In this document: positions 48,301 through 61,600 of the stretch, in pieces
Layout of the letters: every line of letters begins with the position of its first letter
Position numbering within the stretch: position 1 is the first letter of the stretch
Origin: Amoebophrya sp. A120
Taxonomy: Eukaryota > Protista > Dinoflagellata
Length of the DNA: 64,000 nucleotides
Direction: 5' to 3'
Assembly: GCA_905178155.1 (NCBI GenBank)
Contig: CAJINV010000005.1
Location: 2,792,054 to 2,856,053 of the forward strand
Notes under the pieces: generated by a model
Database searches by the model: none
What the model was told of the DNA's origin: nothing
The model's input: the letters and a program-made list of their open reading frames with translations, nothing else
Program-made: the position numbers and the translations under genes

Positions 48301-51300
48301 AAAAGCCGGCTTCTCGATCGGCTCAACAAGCAGCGCGTGAACCACCTGCACGCGCACCATCGCCCCTGTTTGGTCGACCGGTTCCTGCAGAGCAGCTACA
48401 TGAAGGACCACAAGTGCGCGATGCTGCACCAAGTCTTTCATTTTGTCGACTGGACCGTGGAAGACGCGGACTTCAAAAGAATTTTCCTCGCCAGTCTGTG
48501 GATCCATGTCGTGGAGGAGAACGCGATCAGGCCGTATATTGGATTGATACAGCCGGCGGACCGTGAAGATGTTCTTCCCCGAAGAACAGACGCAAATGTG
48601 GTCCAACCGAATGATCGAAGTTCCTCTTCTCTCCGGCTAACCGAGCTTCTCCATTTCCTCGCCACGAACCGCATCATCGCGGTGCATTTCCGCGGGGCTT
48701 GGGGCTACCAGGGCGTGGGGCTGCAGATCCTGGAATTGGTGAAAAAAACCGGAATTCAACTCGTCTACATAGCGACCGACAACATCCGCTTCGAGCCGTT
48801 TCGGGAACTGGTCACGACGTTGCGAGACGAGTTTCAACTTACCGTGCTTTCCTCAGAACTCTCGGAAGCGATTGCGGCTGGAATCGGAAAGGAAATCAGC
48901 GGGGTAGCAGATCATGCCACCACTGCTGCTCAAGGCCAGACTGAAGATGACAGCCGCTCCTTCGGCGAAAAATTGCCGACGTTTCAAAGTGCTTGCACTG
49001 GCACTGGCGTGTTGAGTTGTATCGTCGAAGCAGGAAGTGCTTCTCCAACATCGTCACTACCGGCCGAAGCTGTGGTGGAACCGACTGCTAGCACCCCTGA
49101 ACGAAAAGAACCTTTATCAGAAGAAGACGCGGAAGCCGCTGCGTTTCTTCGGGGTGATGAAGAAGCAGAAACTACTGGCAGCACTGCCGCCCATAATATA
49201 ATCCCCACCCCAGACGAGCCCGTTTTTAACAGCGCAATCCCATGGCACAAGCACCACTTGGAATCTCACCGGGGCAAACTGCCTAATCTGGCGCTGCACA
49301 TCGACTTGTGCATCTGCACCCTGGCAAGCAGTTTCCTGGGACAGCCGTTATCCAGCCTGTCCGAGCTGATCATGAATTTCAGGACCGTCGTGCGGCAAAT
49401 GCACGGACGAGGTGATGATATTGAAGATGCCGGAAAAACCACCACTTCTAGTACCGGCAAAAGTGCCAGCAGCGAAGTAGATGCAACAGAAACTACAGTC
49501 TTGTCGTCGCAGAAATGGAAAAGATTTATTCTGAAGAGGCACTACAGAAGTAGTCACAAGGGAAAAAGTGAGACCAAGAACCGCGGTAAGGACGTAAGCC
49601 CAACCTGGCAGACTTCCACACACCCGGTGCTGGCGTTTTACAGAAAAGTGTTTCAGCAGGTGCAGCAGTCGCCATCGTCTTCCACCCTGCCGCGCGGGGC
49701 TGCACCAAATCCGACCGCATCTTCGTCCTCACCCGCTTCCTCGTATGCAGTATCTACTAGCCCCCGCCGGACGGATATCGCAAGAAAAAAGTGTTACAGT
49801 TACACATTGTCATGCAAGACTGGCAACAGAGACAACCTTTCTCATGCAGGAAATGCTTCGGAGCTTCGTTTTCTTCCTGCTTTCCCTTGTGATCTTCGCA
49901 TTACAAGTTTTCTCTACCACCCAGAGAAAATTTGTGATGCAGAAACTCCAGCAAGTGTGTAACTGTAACACTTTTTTCCGTGGATAACGGAAGCCTTTCT
50001 GCACCTACCGCGCGATGTCCTTCCTGTGGATCAGATTTTCCCCATCAGCTTCTACAGCGCCGATGAAATCGTCAAAGCAGATTGGATGCAGAACTTGATT
50101 GACGCGTTTCACATTTTGCAGAAGCAAGAAGCACAGAAGTCGACGGACAGCACGACAGACGCACGAGGACAAGGAAGTGAAAACAAGAAAAGCCCAGAAC
50201 AGAAGATCAGCAGCCTTGTTGCGAGTTCCGGCGCATCGAGTGCTACAACTACTTCGCTATCGCTTTCGACCTACTACATTCCCGCCGTGTTCACGGACCC
50301 GCTACCGCAACCGCAAGCCCCCGGGGGACACAACTACAGTCACCTTCTGTACAGCAAATTTGTGATGCGATTGACCCAGTACTACCTCGCCTACAACGAA
50401 GAGACAAACGAGTACGAGCGCGCGGAAAATTCCAGATACGAGGACTTACTCCGTCCCTTACACAAGAACCCGAAAAATCATGACGACCTCCAGCACGACT
50501 TTGACCTAACAAAAGACTGGACGCAGGCCACGGTGTTCGCCGCCACCTTCTACCACGACTTGGGACGGAGAAAGTGCCACTCCATGGGGCTGTTGCTCCG
50601 CTTACGGTTTGTGGTGTTGTTTGTGTTGTTTGGAAACTACAACAAATTTGAATGCGTCCGGGAGTTGAGCATTTTCGGCTACTTGTTGTACACAGAGATT
50701 TTCAACCAGGGGCTCGGCGTGTGGCGGTTTCTGCGAAATTTTGTCCGGTTGCCGGAGGAAGAACCGGCAGGAAATGCTGTTGAAGATGGAACTGCAGCAA
50801 AGGAGGAATTATTATTTCCAGAAACCACAACAGCAAACATCTCTTCCAAATCCCGGCAGCAAGAGTGGATTTCGCTTCTCAACCTCCTCCGCTTATTCCT
50901 GCAAAGAACCAAATGCCGCGGGCAGTACTTGCAAACGTTTTCCGACAAAGTCACCGAAGACGATGACTACCTGCACGCGTTTTACCGCCCGGAGGCCCCG
51001 TTCTTCCAGAAAACACCGATCCGGCAAAAAGCGCTGCTAAACAAATTTGTGAAAGAAGAGGGGGAGACACTGTACATTGCGCCAAGTGTCGAGTTGGTTC
51101 TGCCGAAGAAGTGCAGAAGTAGGGCCGCGCAAGAGGATTTCGTTGTTGGTGGCAGCAGCAGAAATGTTGAAGCAGGTCTGAGTCATCAAGAAGACGAAGA
51201 AATCGCGCAAAGAACTCTGGAAGAAGATTCGAAAGCGAAGCAGACCGTGCTTTCCTACTTCGCCGGGCCGGATAAGTTTGAACTCTCTTTCCTGTTTCCC

Positions 51301-52053
51301 GGCCTGCGGGCCCCGTCGCGGGAGTTCGACGACCGGCACACGTATCGCGTGCCGGATGCGGCTTGGGGCGACGGGTTGGGACACAAGGACATGTTTGGCG
51401 GGCCGGTGCGAAAGTTTCGACCGGGTGAGCATTGCGAGGGCTTGGGGGAGGACGATGTGCGGGCGGGAGTCTATCTCGAGCTGCAACGGTTGCAGGATGA
51501 CGTGGCGGGGAAGGTTCAGGGAATGACGCAGATCGCTCCATCTGAAGCAGCAGTTGTACATAAAAAAAAGCAGCAGGAGGACCACTACCCAGGTTGCGAT
51601 CTGCAGCTTCTTGCAAACTGCGGGTTGGTTGAATCGATGAAAGAAGAAAGTGGTTCTTCGACGTCGCGCGAAGGTGGGAACAAAAAGAAAAAAAGGTCGT
51701 GGACGGAAATTACGCTGAACTTTCTCAATGTGCAGAAAGTGTTCGAGATTGTGATCAGAGAAGACGATCCGGAGCCTCATCATCCAAACCACGTAGTTAA
51801 AAACAATGATGTTCCTTCTAATGACGCGGAAAGCCAAAGAGCGCATCATGACGCTCCATATTTTGCGCCCTGCCCCTCTACGAACCCCTCGCTTCTGCAG
51901 CAGACGGTGCTCTCTTGTTTCCAGACGGGCGACATGCAGGTCAAGAACGCCTCCGGGTATCTCCGATTTCTGGAAATCTGGAATGACAACACGTTTACAA
52001 GGGAAGGCGCCACCACCGCGGCAAGCGTGCAGTGCGTGCATGAGAAGGAATGA
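45357..52053 (+). CDS. Large secreted protein with N-terminal Cys-rich repeats and an O-fucosyltransferase-like domain
   Basis: Signal-peptide-like MSYRREILLVLPIVCSLI; CF...TYQRCC and FYKACC segments; AVHFRG, VYIATD and IDLCICTLASSFLGQPLSSLS motifs of GDP-fucose-binding O-FucT-type enzymes; removing five introners gives one frame. Confidence 0.75.
45575..45837. mobile_element. Introner family A (orientation X)
   Basis: TSD taccg/tacca; family A TIR. Confidence 0.9.
45932..46194. mobile_element. Introner family A (orientation Y)
   Basis: TSD gtacc; removal gives EDRYLAVND. Confidence 0.9.
46242..46390. mobile_element. Introner family B
   Basis: TSD cgtca; similar to 22774-22919; removal gives NLVTALVD. 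Confidence 0.9.
47491..47645. mobile_element. Diverged introner
   Basis: TSD ggaga; tat...ata ends with tgcaaaagt inverted repeat; removal gives EETIARMEK and resolves an apparent frameshift. Confidence 0.85.
49776..49986. mobile_element. Introner family D (opposite orientation to 27288)
   Basis: TSD acgga; removal gives RRTEAFLHL. Confidence 0.9.
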
Positions 52054-54237
52054 TAATGAACAGCCACGGAATTATCGACTATGTTAGGCAGCACTGAGAC
52101 TAAAACTCAGTACTTCTTTCCATTTCTTCAACCCAGTACTTGCTGTAGACTTGTCATCTTTCGGTTCTCGTACACCAATGCGTGCAACAGAATCAGAAGA
52201 ACGAAATTTGCAGTATAATCCTGAAGATCCAGGCCTCCAGAGGGCTAAGGCACTGTAGCTGATGCATTCAGTTATATCAAATCCGCCCGGGAACTAATTT
52301 GATTTCAAATCAATTTCAAACTAACTTCAAAGATTTTGAATTTTCGGATTTTTGACCTGTAGTGTGATGTTTGATTTTGACAAAATTAGTCCATGGCATG
52401 AGAAGTACTTACCCTACTTTGCGCTGCCGGTTGTCCATTTTCCACAACGCCGACGATTGTCCACGCTGCTCCCAATGCTGCTTGTTCATCTCCTTTCCCT
52501 TCGGCGTGTCGCCCCGTTCTGCGAGCGTTACCGATCTATTGCCCCCTGCTCTCGCGCTTCACCACAAAAAAACACCGACCTGCTGCTGCTGTGCGCAGTA
52601 TTGACCTCCGTGAACATCGACTGGAAACGGCGGCCGGCTGCGACTGGCGATCGTCCATTCCCCCGCCAGGTGACCTCGACGCGCTTTTTTTTTCTCTACT
52701 TCCAGCGCAGGCCACGCAATGAATTTCGATAGAATTTGTTTTTTGAAAAGATAAGTTCTAGGACCGCTAAAGGATAAACAGTCTTTTGAGGTTTTGCTCG
52801 CTCATCCGAAGAAGAACGGGTAGCAATGTGCTCCTGTACTGTCACGTCAGACATAAGGTGGCTGAAAGTAAGTCTGCGCGCAGCTTGATGATGACCAAGC
52901 CACGCGTCGAGTCGTAGTGCCATTCATCACCCGTGAGAAACAGCAGCACTAGAACCAACCTCGAAATAATATAAAAGTTCATTAATTTGCAGGCACGGCT
53001 GCTATTTGCATTCTGAATCTCACCACAACATCATAAGACAAATAATCAAGTTCGAGAAAAGTAGTGTTGCCGTTGCCGAGTAAATTTCTAAATTGCTTTC
53101 ACGCCCACAAGCACCACCAGGCAAAGAGGCCGGAGCCAGATCATCTGGGGCCTAGCGAGGCGAGAAAGTGAAACCGTGCGTCCCTGCAGTCCTTGTCGAC
53201 TGCGTTCCATGATTTCTGCGAGACGGCAGAGAGTCGGCGCTCTCGTGATCTCGCTATCTGCTGTGCGATTCTGGGACGGGTATAACAAGTGGACTAAGAG
53301 AATAGTTCTAAGTAGGACACCACTGGAAGTAGAGCGTAGGTAGGGTTTTACAAAAGTCAGCTCGCTGCTCAGGTTGGGGCAAACTGGTGCGTCTCGACAT
53401 TGCACTTCGTCGCCGTGTAATGAGAAGGTGCCTGCACTATATAATTGAATTAGAAAAGCGCGGCGCTGTTGCGCTTTGTGGGTCTCGTCGCCAAATTTAA
53501 ACGCAGCGACGAGATGGTGTCAATTGCTAATCTGGGCAACAGTTGCGAAACAGAAATGAAGAACAGCTTAATTTAGGTGGGGAGCGGAGAATAAACCTAA
53601 AGCTCTGAATCAATTAACTAGAAGCCGAAGCTTTTGACTTGCAGCAACAGCAGTGAATGGCTGTAGTCTTTATCTTTTCATCGAGCGAGAGTAAACATTT
53701 GCATTTCTAAAACACGGCCACTGGATATACAAACACTAGCTCGAGTCGGTCGGCGCAAAAGCATTGCACCCACGCAAAGCTCAGCAAGAGGCTAAGCGGA
53801 AAATAGTTCTAATAAATGGCGACGCAGAAAACGGCCGCTAGTATAGTAAGTTCTCTTGACTCGCTTAGGTCGTTTCTGTGCACCGTGGACTCAGCAAGAC
53901 TGGGTGGTCTTGTAGAGGTTCAAACAGATATATTTATATACTCTGACTGCAAGTCCAAGTCACATCGGCAAGCGACAACCACTAACAAACAACGCAAATA
54001 CAAATAGGCAGATGATTGGCTCTCTTCAATCGAGTCAATCTCAATTCAGTTTTAGTACTATTATCAAGTTTGTCATGCACATTTTGATAGCTTTTTTAGT
54101 TTTTCAAGATAATCATCCATCATACAATTGCGCTACATTTATCGGCATTGCACAGCTGGCTGCGCAAAACATTTCTACTTCATGATCTTTTCCACAAACC
54201 GAATCAACAACATTTCCACTCCACAACCACAGGAGAC

Positions 54238-56599
54238 CTAGGCGTCGTCCCCCTCCTCCACCAAATCGCTGCCACCCTGCTGGTTGTTTCCGTTTCCACC
54301 GTTGTTGGCGGCCGCCGGGGGCGCCCGCTTGATCGCGGCCTCCTTCGCCTGCAGAAAGATGGCCAAAATCTCCTTGGAGGTGGTCTTCAACCAGGTGCAG
54401 TTGCCGTTCAAGGTGTGCACACCGACACCATTCACCGCCCACAACTTCTCGATCCCCTCGTACTTCTTGTACCACTCCGTGAGGTCCTTCAGGGTTGCGG
54501 TGGTGCTCGCTTTGAAGGCGTCGACCTCGGTTTTCGCCGTGGTCAAGAAACCCAGCGCCTGCTGCTTCTGCCACATCTGCACCGCAGTTCCGAGGTGCTC
54601 CCGGGCGGCAATGTGGTCGTCGTGCGCCAACTGGGTAACCGCGAACGCAATGGCGTTTTTCACCTCGGTGATCTGCGCGATAGAAGGCGAGCGGCGCAAC
54701 AACTTGACGACCTTGGCGTGCGACGAGATGTAGGACCGCTCCAACAAAGCCGCACCGGAGATGATTTCCATGGTACCCGCCGCGAGGGCGGGGGCGGGGT
54801 TCTGCAGGTTTGCGTTCACGACAGCCCTGCAGGCCACGCTGTATTCGTCCCACTCCGCAGACTGCTTTTCGTTCACCTGCGCACCGAAACCGGGGCAGTT
54901 GCTGCGGACGGATTCCAAGTGTTTCGCCCAGTCGATGTTCAACAGGTGGGCCGCGACGTACTTCTTGTTCAAGGAGAGAAATTTGGTGACAAATAATTTG
55001 ATCTCCTTGTTCATGTTTTGCAGCGTCTGAAACTGCGCCTCGTTGAGAAGCGTCTTGGTCTTGTTGATAGCAGCGGTGCGATCGGTTGGGGCCATCAAGA
55101 TGAAACTCACGATGGGCACAGAGTCGTCCTCGGCCGCGATCGCACTCAGGACCTGGGGGATCTCAAAGTCGAAGTCCGTCACCGTCTTCTTCTCCGCCTG
55201 CGTCAGGGCGACGTTGGTCAGGACATGCTGCCGCAACAACTTCACCGTCAAGTCCTTCTCCACCCCCGTTGCAGCGACGGTCACGAGGTCCTCCACAGAC
55301 TTGTAGAACTTCCCGTAGCATCGAGTGCAAAAATATCGCACCACGAGAAATCGCATGACTGCGCATCACTCTTTTGTTCCAGCATGACAGATCTTGCGTT
55401 TTCTTCCGAGAGAATTTGTCATGCGATTTCCGTTAGTGCGATAATTTTGCAATGCTTATGTTGGTGGATTCTGGCTTGTTTTGGGGATTTTGCTGCCAGG
55501 TCTTGATTCTGTCCTTCACCTCCGGCATGGAGTTCTGCGTCAACAACTCGTAGTGCTTGCCGATGTTGTCCTTGATGTATTTGCGGGTGCTGATCCTGTG
55601 ATTTATTTTTTCATTATTTTCGAGTTGGGAGGCGTATTGCTATCTTGCGCGAAGCGCGTATCGAAATCAGGTCCCATAGGCCACAGGTTGCAACACAATT
55701 CGCACAGTGCGAAAAGCAAAGCGCTGCACAACACTGAACCGAATCCACCATAATATACGTCATGCAAAAATTTTATCAGGTTCAGGGCGGCCCAAGCTGC
55801 AAGATAATCCCATCTATAATCAGGTCGGCGTCGTATCTCGCCAGACAACACACACAAGAAAATATGTAAAATACCAGGCCACGACTTTGTCGATCTTGTC
55901 GAACGCCGGCGGCTTGTTTTTTTCTTCCTGCTCGAGGTCCTTGTTTCCCGCCACGGCTTTGTCGTCCTTTTTGGAAACGTCCGCAATTTTCAACTTCCCC
56001 TTCCCCCGGTTTTCCATCTCGTACTTCTGGTTGGGCTTGCACAAGTTGATCATGCTGGCCACCAAGGTTTTGGTCAGCCGGACCCGCATCTCCGGGAGGG
56101 GAAAGCCGAGGTTGGGCTGGTTGAAGGACTGCTCGACGTTTCTCAGCGCCGCATAGGAGGTGGTCTTTTCGATCAACTCCTCGCCCTTCTTGACCACGTC
56201 TTCCGCCTGCTGCTTCGTCCAGGTCGCCGCCTCATCCCGTTTCAGTTTGAAAAACCCCGTGTTCCACGAGCCGACATCATCGCGGGTTGCCAAGAAGACC
56301 GCTTTGTCCTTCGCCACATCGTTGTTTTCCGGATCGTCCGCCGCCTTCATCGCGTCCAATAATTCCCGCGCAGTATTCCGCTGGTCCTTGAAGTCGCGCT
56401 TGATGTTCTGCGTGTTGTAATTGCGGCCGCGCACGAAGTCCTCCGCGGCGTCTCGGACGTTGGGGTCGTCCATGTTAACCGCGGGGAAGGTCCGCTGAAA
56501 TTTCTCAATCTCCGTTAGGGTTAAGCGGCGCTTCTTCGATTCCGGCTCCGCCATCTGCTTGGCCATGAACTTCATGGCCCTCTTGTTTGACTCGCTCAT
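54238..56599 (-). CDS. Hypothetical protein of about 640 aa, three exons
   Basis: ORFs 55820-56662 and 54238-55356 plus a small exon at about 55497-55595; GT-AG intron 55596-55874; the second intron boundary is uncertain; no recognised domain. Confidence 0.65.
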
Positions 56600-58249
56600 T
56601 CTTGAAGCCGGGTCGGTGACAGGAACAAAAGCTGAAGAGAGAAGGAGAAGTAGTTGCGGCAACGTCAGTAGCTGTTGATCTGCTGTCGTGTCGACGAAAA
56701 AGTTGCAGTCGCAGCGTGCTCTCGTCTTCTGCGGCGGTGCGAAAGGTGCAACGCCTTGGAGATCAAGCCTGCCGGGACAGAAACGCTTGACAGAAGGCCG
56801 TGGGGGTGGTCTAGTTTTGTTCTATAGTTTCAAAGCCAGGTGCTTCGGTGCGTGCGGTGGTCAGAATACACTGACGGCGCGCGAGCTCTTATCACTGAAA
56901 CCACTAATACAATGAATGCAAAACACCAGCCAAGTGAACCCTTTATGAGTCACAGCTTTGCTGTCGCAATTTGCAGGCTACATCGATATGACACCTGATG
57001 CGATTTTTGCGTTTCTTCTTTTGCAGAATTCGACCGGCGATCGAACTTTCCGAAAACGAATCAAGGGCGCCAAATTTGTGTTGCGGGAGCAACTCCTTTC
57101 CCTCGCTCTGTAGTCCGTGAGGCCTTTTTTCGTTTCCCTCAAATAGCTTAGAACTCGAAGTAAACTCAACACTACCGAGCTGCTGGTGCTGCGCTGCGTA
57201 CTAAAGAGCCTTCGCAACTCACAAACTTCGTGCTTTGGTGGGGGCGAACCTCTAGTATGCTTGCCGGGACCTGAAATAAAAAAGGAAAACCAACACCCCA
57301 GGGGGTCTAGGTGTTGCAACAAAGCTCCTCCCTCGAACCCTCGAAACGCAATGTCGTTGTAGACGACACGGAAAGCTTGGCGGACGCAGAAAAAACAGGC
57401 CGACGTGAAAAAACAAAAACCGAGCACAACCAACGTTGCGCGAGCGCATCGCCACAACATGGAGTCAGGGTGGCGCCCCTCAAGCAGCTGTCTTTTAGTG
57501 GGTTTCTAACTAAGCGTAAGCGGGGCCGCTGCGTCGTCAGGAGCAGGGCCAAAAAAAAAAGACCGATGGAAAAGGCACGAGCCCAGGAGAGCGAGCAGCC
57601 CCCGGCGTCGCACCACGCAGTAGGCACTTTGTAGCGCCGAGGCAGGGCGAAAAGGCACAGGGCGCGCCACCTTTTCGTGACCTAATACGGGGCGAATTTT
57701 GGCACTTTGCCTGTTCCACCGCCCTAGCGGCGACGCAAGGTCCCCGACAATCTTGCCGTAGAACGCTGCCGCTGGGCCGGCTGGGGGCGACGCGCTTTTG
57801 CCCGAAACACGACCTAGAAAGCTACTTTGCTGTTATGGGGATGGGAGAAAGCGACAAAAATGTCGCCGCTGTTACTGCATCAAGAGACGCAGTGCCGCCG
57901 TAAACGGCCGGCATCTAAGGTGCGGGGAGGCCGCTACTCTTCACCCAAAGAAGAAAACTTTTGAACCCATCTACTGGGGGCGCCTGCTTTTCTGAAACCC
58001 AGAACCCCGACCACCGCAAGCAGGCACCCCCCTGCCCTCAAGAGACTCCAGAGCCCCCAAAACCGGCAGGCCCGGCATCTAGAATGTGCGCTGCGATCCG
58101 TAGCGGCCCGAAGCATACGCAGCAGGCGCTCGAGCCGTCTGCGCCAGCCCAACAAAAATTATCGCGGCCGGCGCGAAGCGCCGGCCCCACCAAAAAATAC
58201 AGGTCCCGGACGTGCCGCGATCCGACGGTTGAAATTGGGCGGGCCAAAG

Positions 58250-58362
58250 CAATCCACCGTTTGAAGTTGGTTCGAAAAAGGCAATCCGGCGTTTGAAGTT
58301 GGTCCAAAACTGGCAATCCGCCGTTTGAAGTTGGTCCAAAAGTGGCAATCCGGCGTTTGAAA
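58250..58362 (+). repeat. Tandem repeat of about 33 bp (gcaatccggcgtttgaagttggtccaaaa), 3-4 units
   Basis: Direct reading of the sequence. Confidence 0.8.
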
Positions 58363-58683
58363 TGGATTCAGTCCAAAAGCAGTCCAAATAAGTCTGAACC
58401 AAGATTCTAAGTAGGCGGATTTTTTTGGACTGCTTTTGGACTCTTTTTGACTTTTTTGGATTTTCCACGGATTGCTTCGATTCAGCTCAGAAAAAAATAC
58501 ACAAGTTCCAAACCTCCGTCTATCGAAAGAAGGACAAATTTGCTTCGTTAGCTCATTGGCAAGCACACAGTCAGTGAGGGAACGAAGCAACTCCGTCTGT
58601 AGTGCGAAGCTGATAGCTAAACCCTGAAGGCGACAGTTCCGCTACCGCTGCTTGCCAACCTACAAATCACAAAACTACTAGCA

Positions 58684-61600
58684 CTACACCAGCGGGCTCA
58701 AGAACTGGAGCTCGGCCTCCGGAATTTCGCAATACGATAAAACGTCCGCCCGCTGCACCTTGTCTAGCTCCTGCTGGGTAATGGTTTCCACCGTGGCGAG
58801 CAACTCCTTCACCATTTCGCCGTATTGGGTTTTGAGTGTCTTCTGCGCTTCTGCGCTGGCTTTGTAGCTGCTGTTGAGGCGGATGCGGGTGCTGCGCTGG
58901 ATGATGAAGCTCTGCATCCAACACCAGCCGAGGAGCAAACAGGTGCACCACATCATATCCTTCAAGTTATCGCGGGTGTAGCCCAGCCGCCGAACTCCTC
59001 CCTTCACCGCTTGGAAAGATCGAAAAGCATTCAAACCCGCGACAGCAGTATAGAGTTTTTTGGTACGCCCCTGCGCCGTGCATGTAAGGGACATGCTTAG
59101 GTTGTTTTTCGCAGTGTGGACGGACGTACCGTCGGCAATTTTCCACTCCCCCGCCGGCAAACACCCCTCCACCCAACTTTCTGCGTCTTCGGATATCTTG
59201 TTCCGCTTTCGCACCAGTTCTCGTGCCTGCTTATCGGTCAGGACAAGGTAGTTGCTTCCAACGGATGCGGCGGGGTCGTCCGCTCTGCTGGATTCGTTTG
59301 TGGCGGCGAAGGTGCTCTTCGCCTCGCCCTTTGCCCCTTCTTTCCGGAAAGCAGGATGCGTTCGGCTTCCGGCATTCGCAATGCCGTCTTTCTTCTGTTT
59401 TTTCGATCCACCGTCGGCCCACCGCTCGTTTCCAAGTAAAGGTCGGGAACTCGCACTCGAGGACGACGCACTACTGCTGCTGCCGGCTACTGTATCCGCA
59501 CCCCGCTTGTTGTTCGCGGCCACACCTTCAAAGGCGGCATTGTTCCACGCCCGCATTCCTGCTGCCCCATGCGTTTTGCTTTGGACATTGAGCCCTCTGA
59601 CGCCGTTCGCCACCTTCGATAGGGTCGCGGGGGCATCGCCTTCAACCCCCCGGAGCTCCCGCAGCAGCTCCTGTAGGTGCTCGTCTGCGCCGCTCTTGCT
59701 GTCTTGCTTTGGCCGCGGGTTCACTTCCACCTTCTTCTGTTCCTGGAGCTGCACCTTTTTCGAGGGATCAAAAATCTCGCCGGCGATGGTCCAAAGTCCG
59801 GCCGGCTCCAATCTCGCCGACTTGATGCAGTACTTGGTCTTCGCGTGTTTGCTCCTGAAGTCGAAATCGCTAAAAAAATAGCGGTCGCCCGGTCTGCCCG
59901 GCGCCGGCTTGAAGGAGTTTTTGTTTTTCCCCTGCGTCAAGCGGACTAGTCGCCGCGCTGTAAATTTTTTCGGCTTCCGCAAAACCCACACGACCAGAAG
60001 CGCCTCCTCGGAGCCGTCGGAGTTTGTGAAGACGATGAGCAGGTGCGTCCCGGTTCCCATTTGGATCTGCAGGTCGTCCCAATCGTAGTCAAAGTTTGCA
60101 GCCTGCTGCGCCTGCTGCCCGTCGCCAGCCTGCCCTTCGTCGTCCGGGGTTTCTTTTGCCGCCTTCTTCGCAGCCGGCTTGTGCAAACTGGTAACCCTGG
60201 CCAGGTCCACCGCGGTTCGCACCAGGTCATTGGGCGGCTTCCGCCACATTTCCACGGCGTTGAGGGAGAATTGCTGTGCCCGCGGCATAAACAGCCGCTC
60301 TTTCACCGCAGCTGCCCGCTCCTTGCACGTGCCGTCCTGCCACTGTGTCCGCACCGCAGCCTTGACGCGGTCGTAGAATTGCAACTCCTCCCCCAGTACT
60401 ATTTTTCTTGCGTGGTTGCGGTCCGCGTTTTGAAAAAAATGCTCCTTGCGCTCGTCTTTCCAGGCTGCGAACCCTTCCTTTGCGGCCTTGTTGTGCTCCG
60501 CCGCCTCCACGACGTAGACCTCCCAGGCGTCGGCGCCGAGCGTTTCGGGGTTGGCGCTCTTGTTGGCCTCTGCTATGGGCATCGGCGGCTGGTCCCCGAA
60601 ACCTGTCATGAGATCTGCGCGCGCAAATTCCTGCGGAATTTTTACGCGGCACCGGGCTAACTCCCAGCCACACCGCTCGAAGGAATCAATTTCGTCCAAC
60701 TCCGTCAGCCTCTCTTCGGTTTGCCGCGCCAATGTGCGCCCGACGTTCTCCGCGTCCAGCGCATCTACCCCCTTCGGGTTTCGGGAATCCTGCATGCGCT
60801 GCAGTGTGGCGTGCTTGCGTTCCACCGGCATCGTGGTCTTCGAAATTTGCTCTGCTGCGTCCGCCACCTCATTCATAAAATCCACGGCGCTACTGAAGGG
60901 AAGGACCTGCGGCCGCACGCTCGCCTCGTTGGCGTGGTAAAGTTTGCAGATTTCCTGGAGCTGGACGAGGGCGATGGAGGCGGGGTTGTCGGTCTCAAGC
61001 TTCTGCGGGTACTTTGCAAATTGCTTCAAGTAGGCACCGCGCTCGTTTTCCGGCAGTTTGCCATACCCACGGAGAAACTGGAAGTGCTTGTGGAAGGGAG
61101 TCTTGACAACACGGCTGTAAAAAGCGGCACCCAAAACCTGCAACGACTGTCGCCCGGCGGCGCTGTAGCGTTGTATCATGTCCGCCGAGATTTTTGGCTC
61201 CACCATTTTCAACAAAACCCCCAACGTGTCCACGTGCAAAAGCTCCTCCGCGGCGTCCAGGTCTGCGTAGAACCGGTCGTGGCAGGCTTCGTCGCCACAG
61301 GAGGCGTTTTCGATCTTTGCCACATGCCCCTCGTAGTGCTCGATAGCTCGACAAAGGACGCAGACCACAACCATCGACCCCGCAACCTCTACACCAGCCC
61401 ACTCACTTCCGGATCAATACGCTGCAAAAGGATCGCACTTGTCCTTGTGGCAACTGCGCTTGCATTACAGATTCAAATTATTTTCGCAGAAACATACAGG
61501 AAATTCAAACTTGTCATGCTGATTCAACGTACACGTAGGAGAGGCGGGGAGATTTCAATCTGTCATGCATGATTTCCACTCCGTCCGATGAGTATGAATA

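Noticed and set aside
51037-52041. 334-aa antisense ORF (and similar shadow ORFs elsewhere)
   Set aside because: It is the shadow of the + strand CDS.
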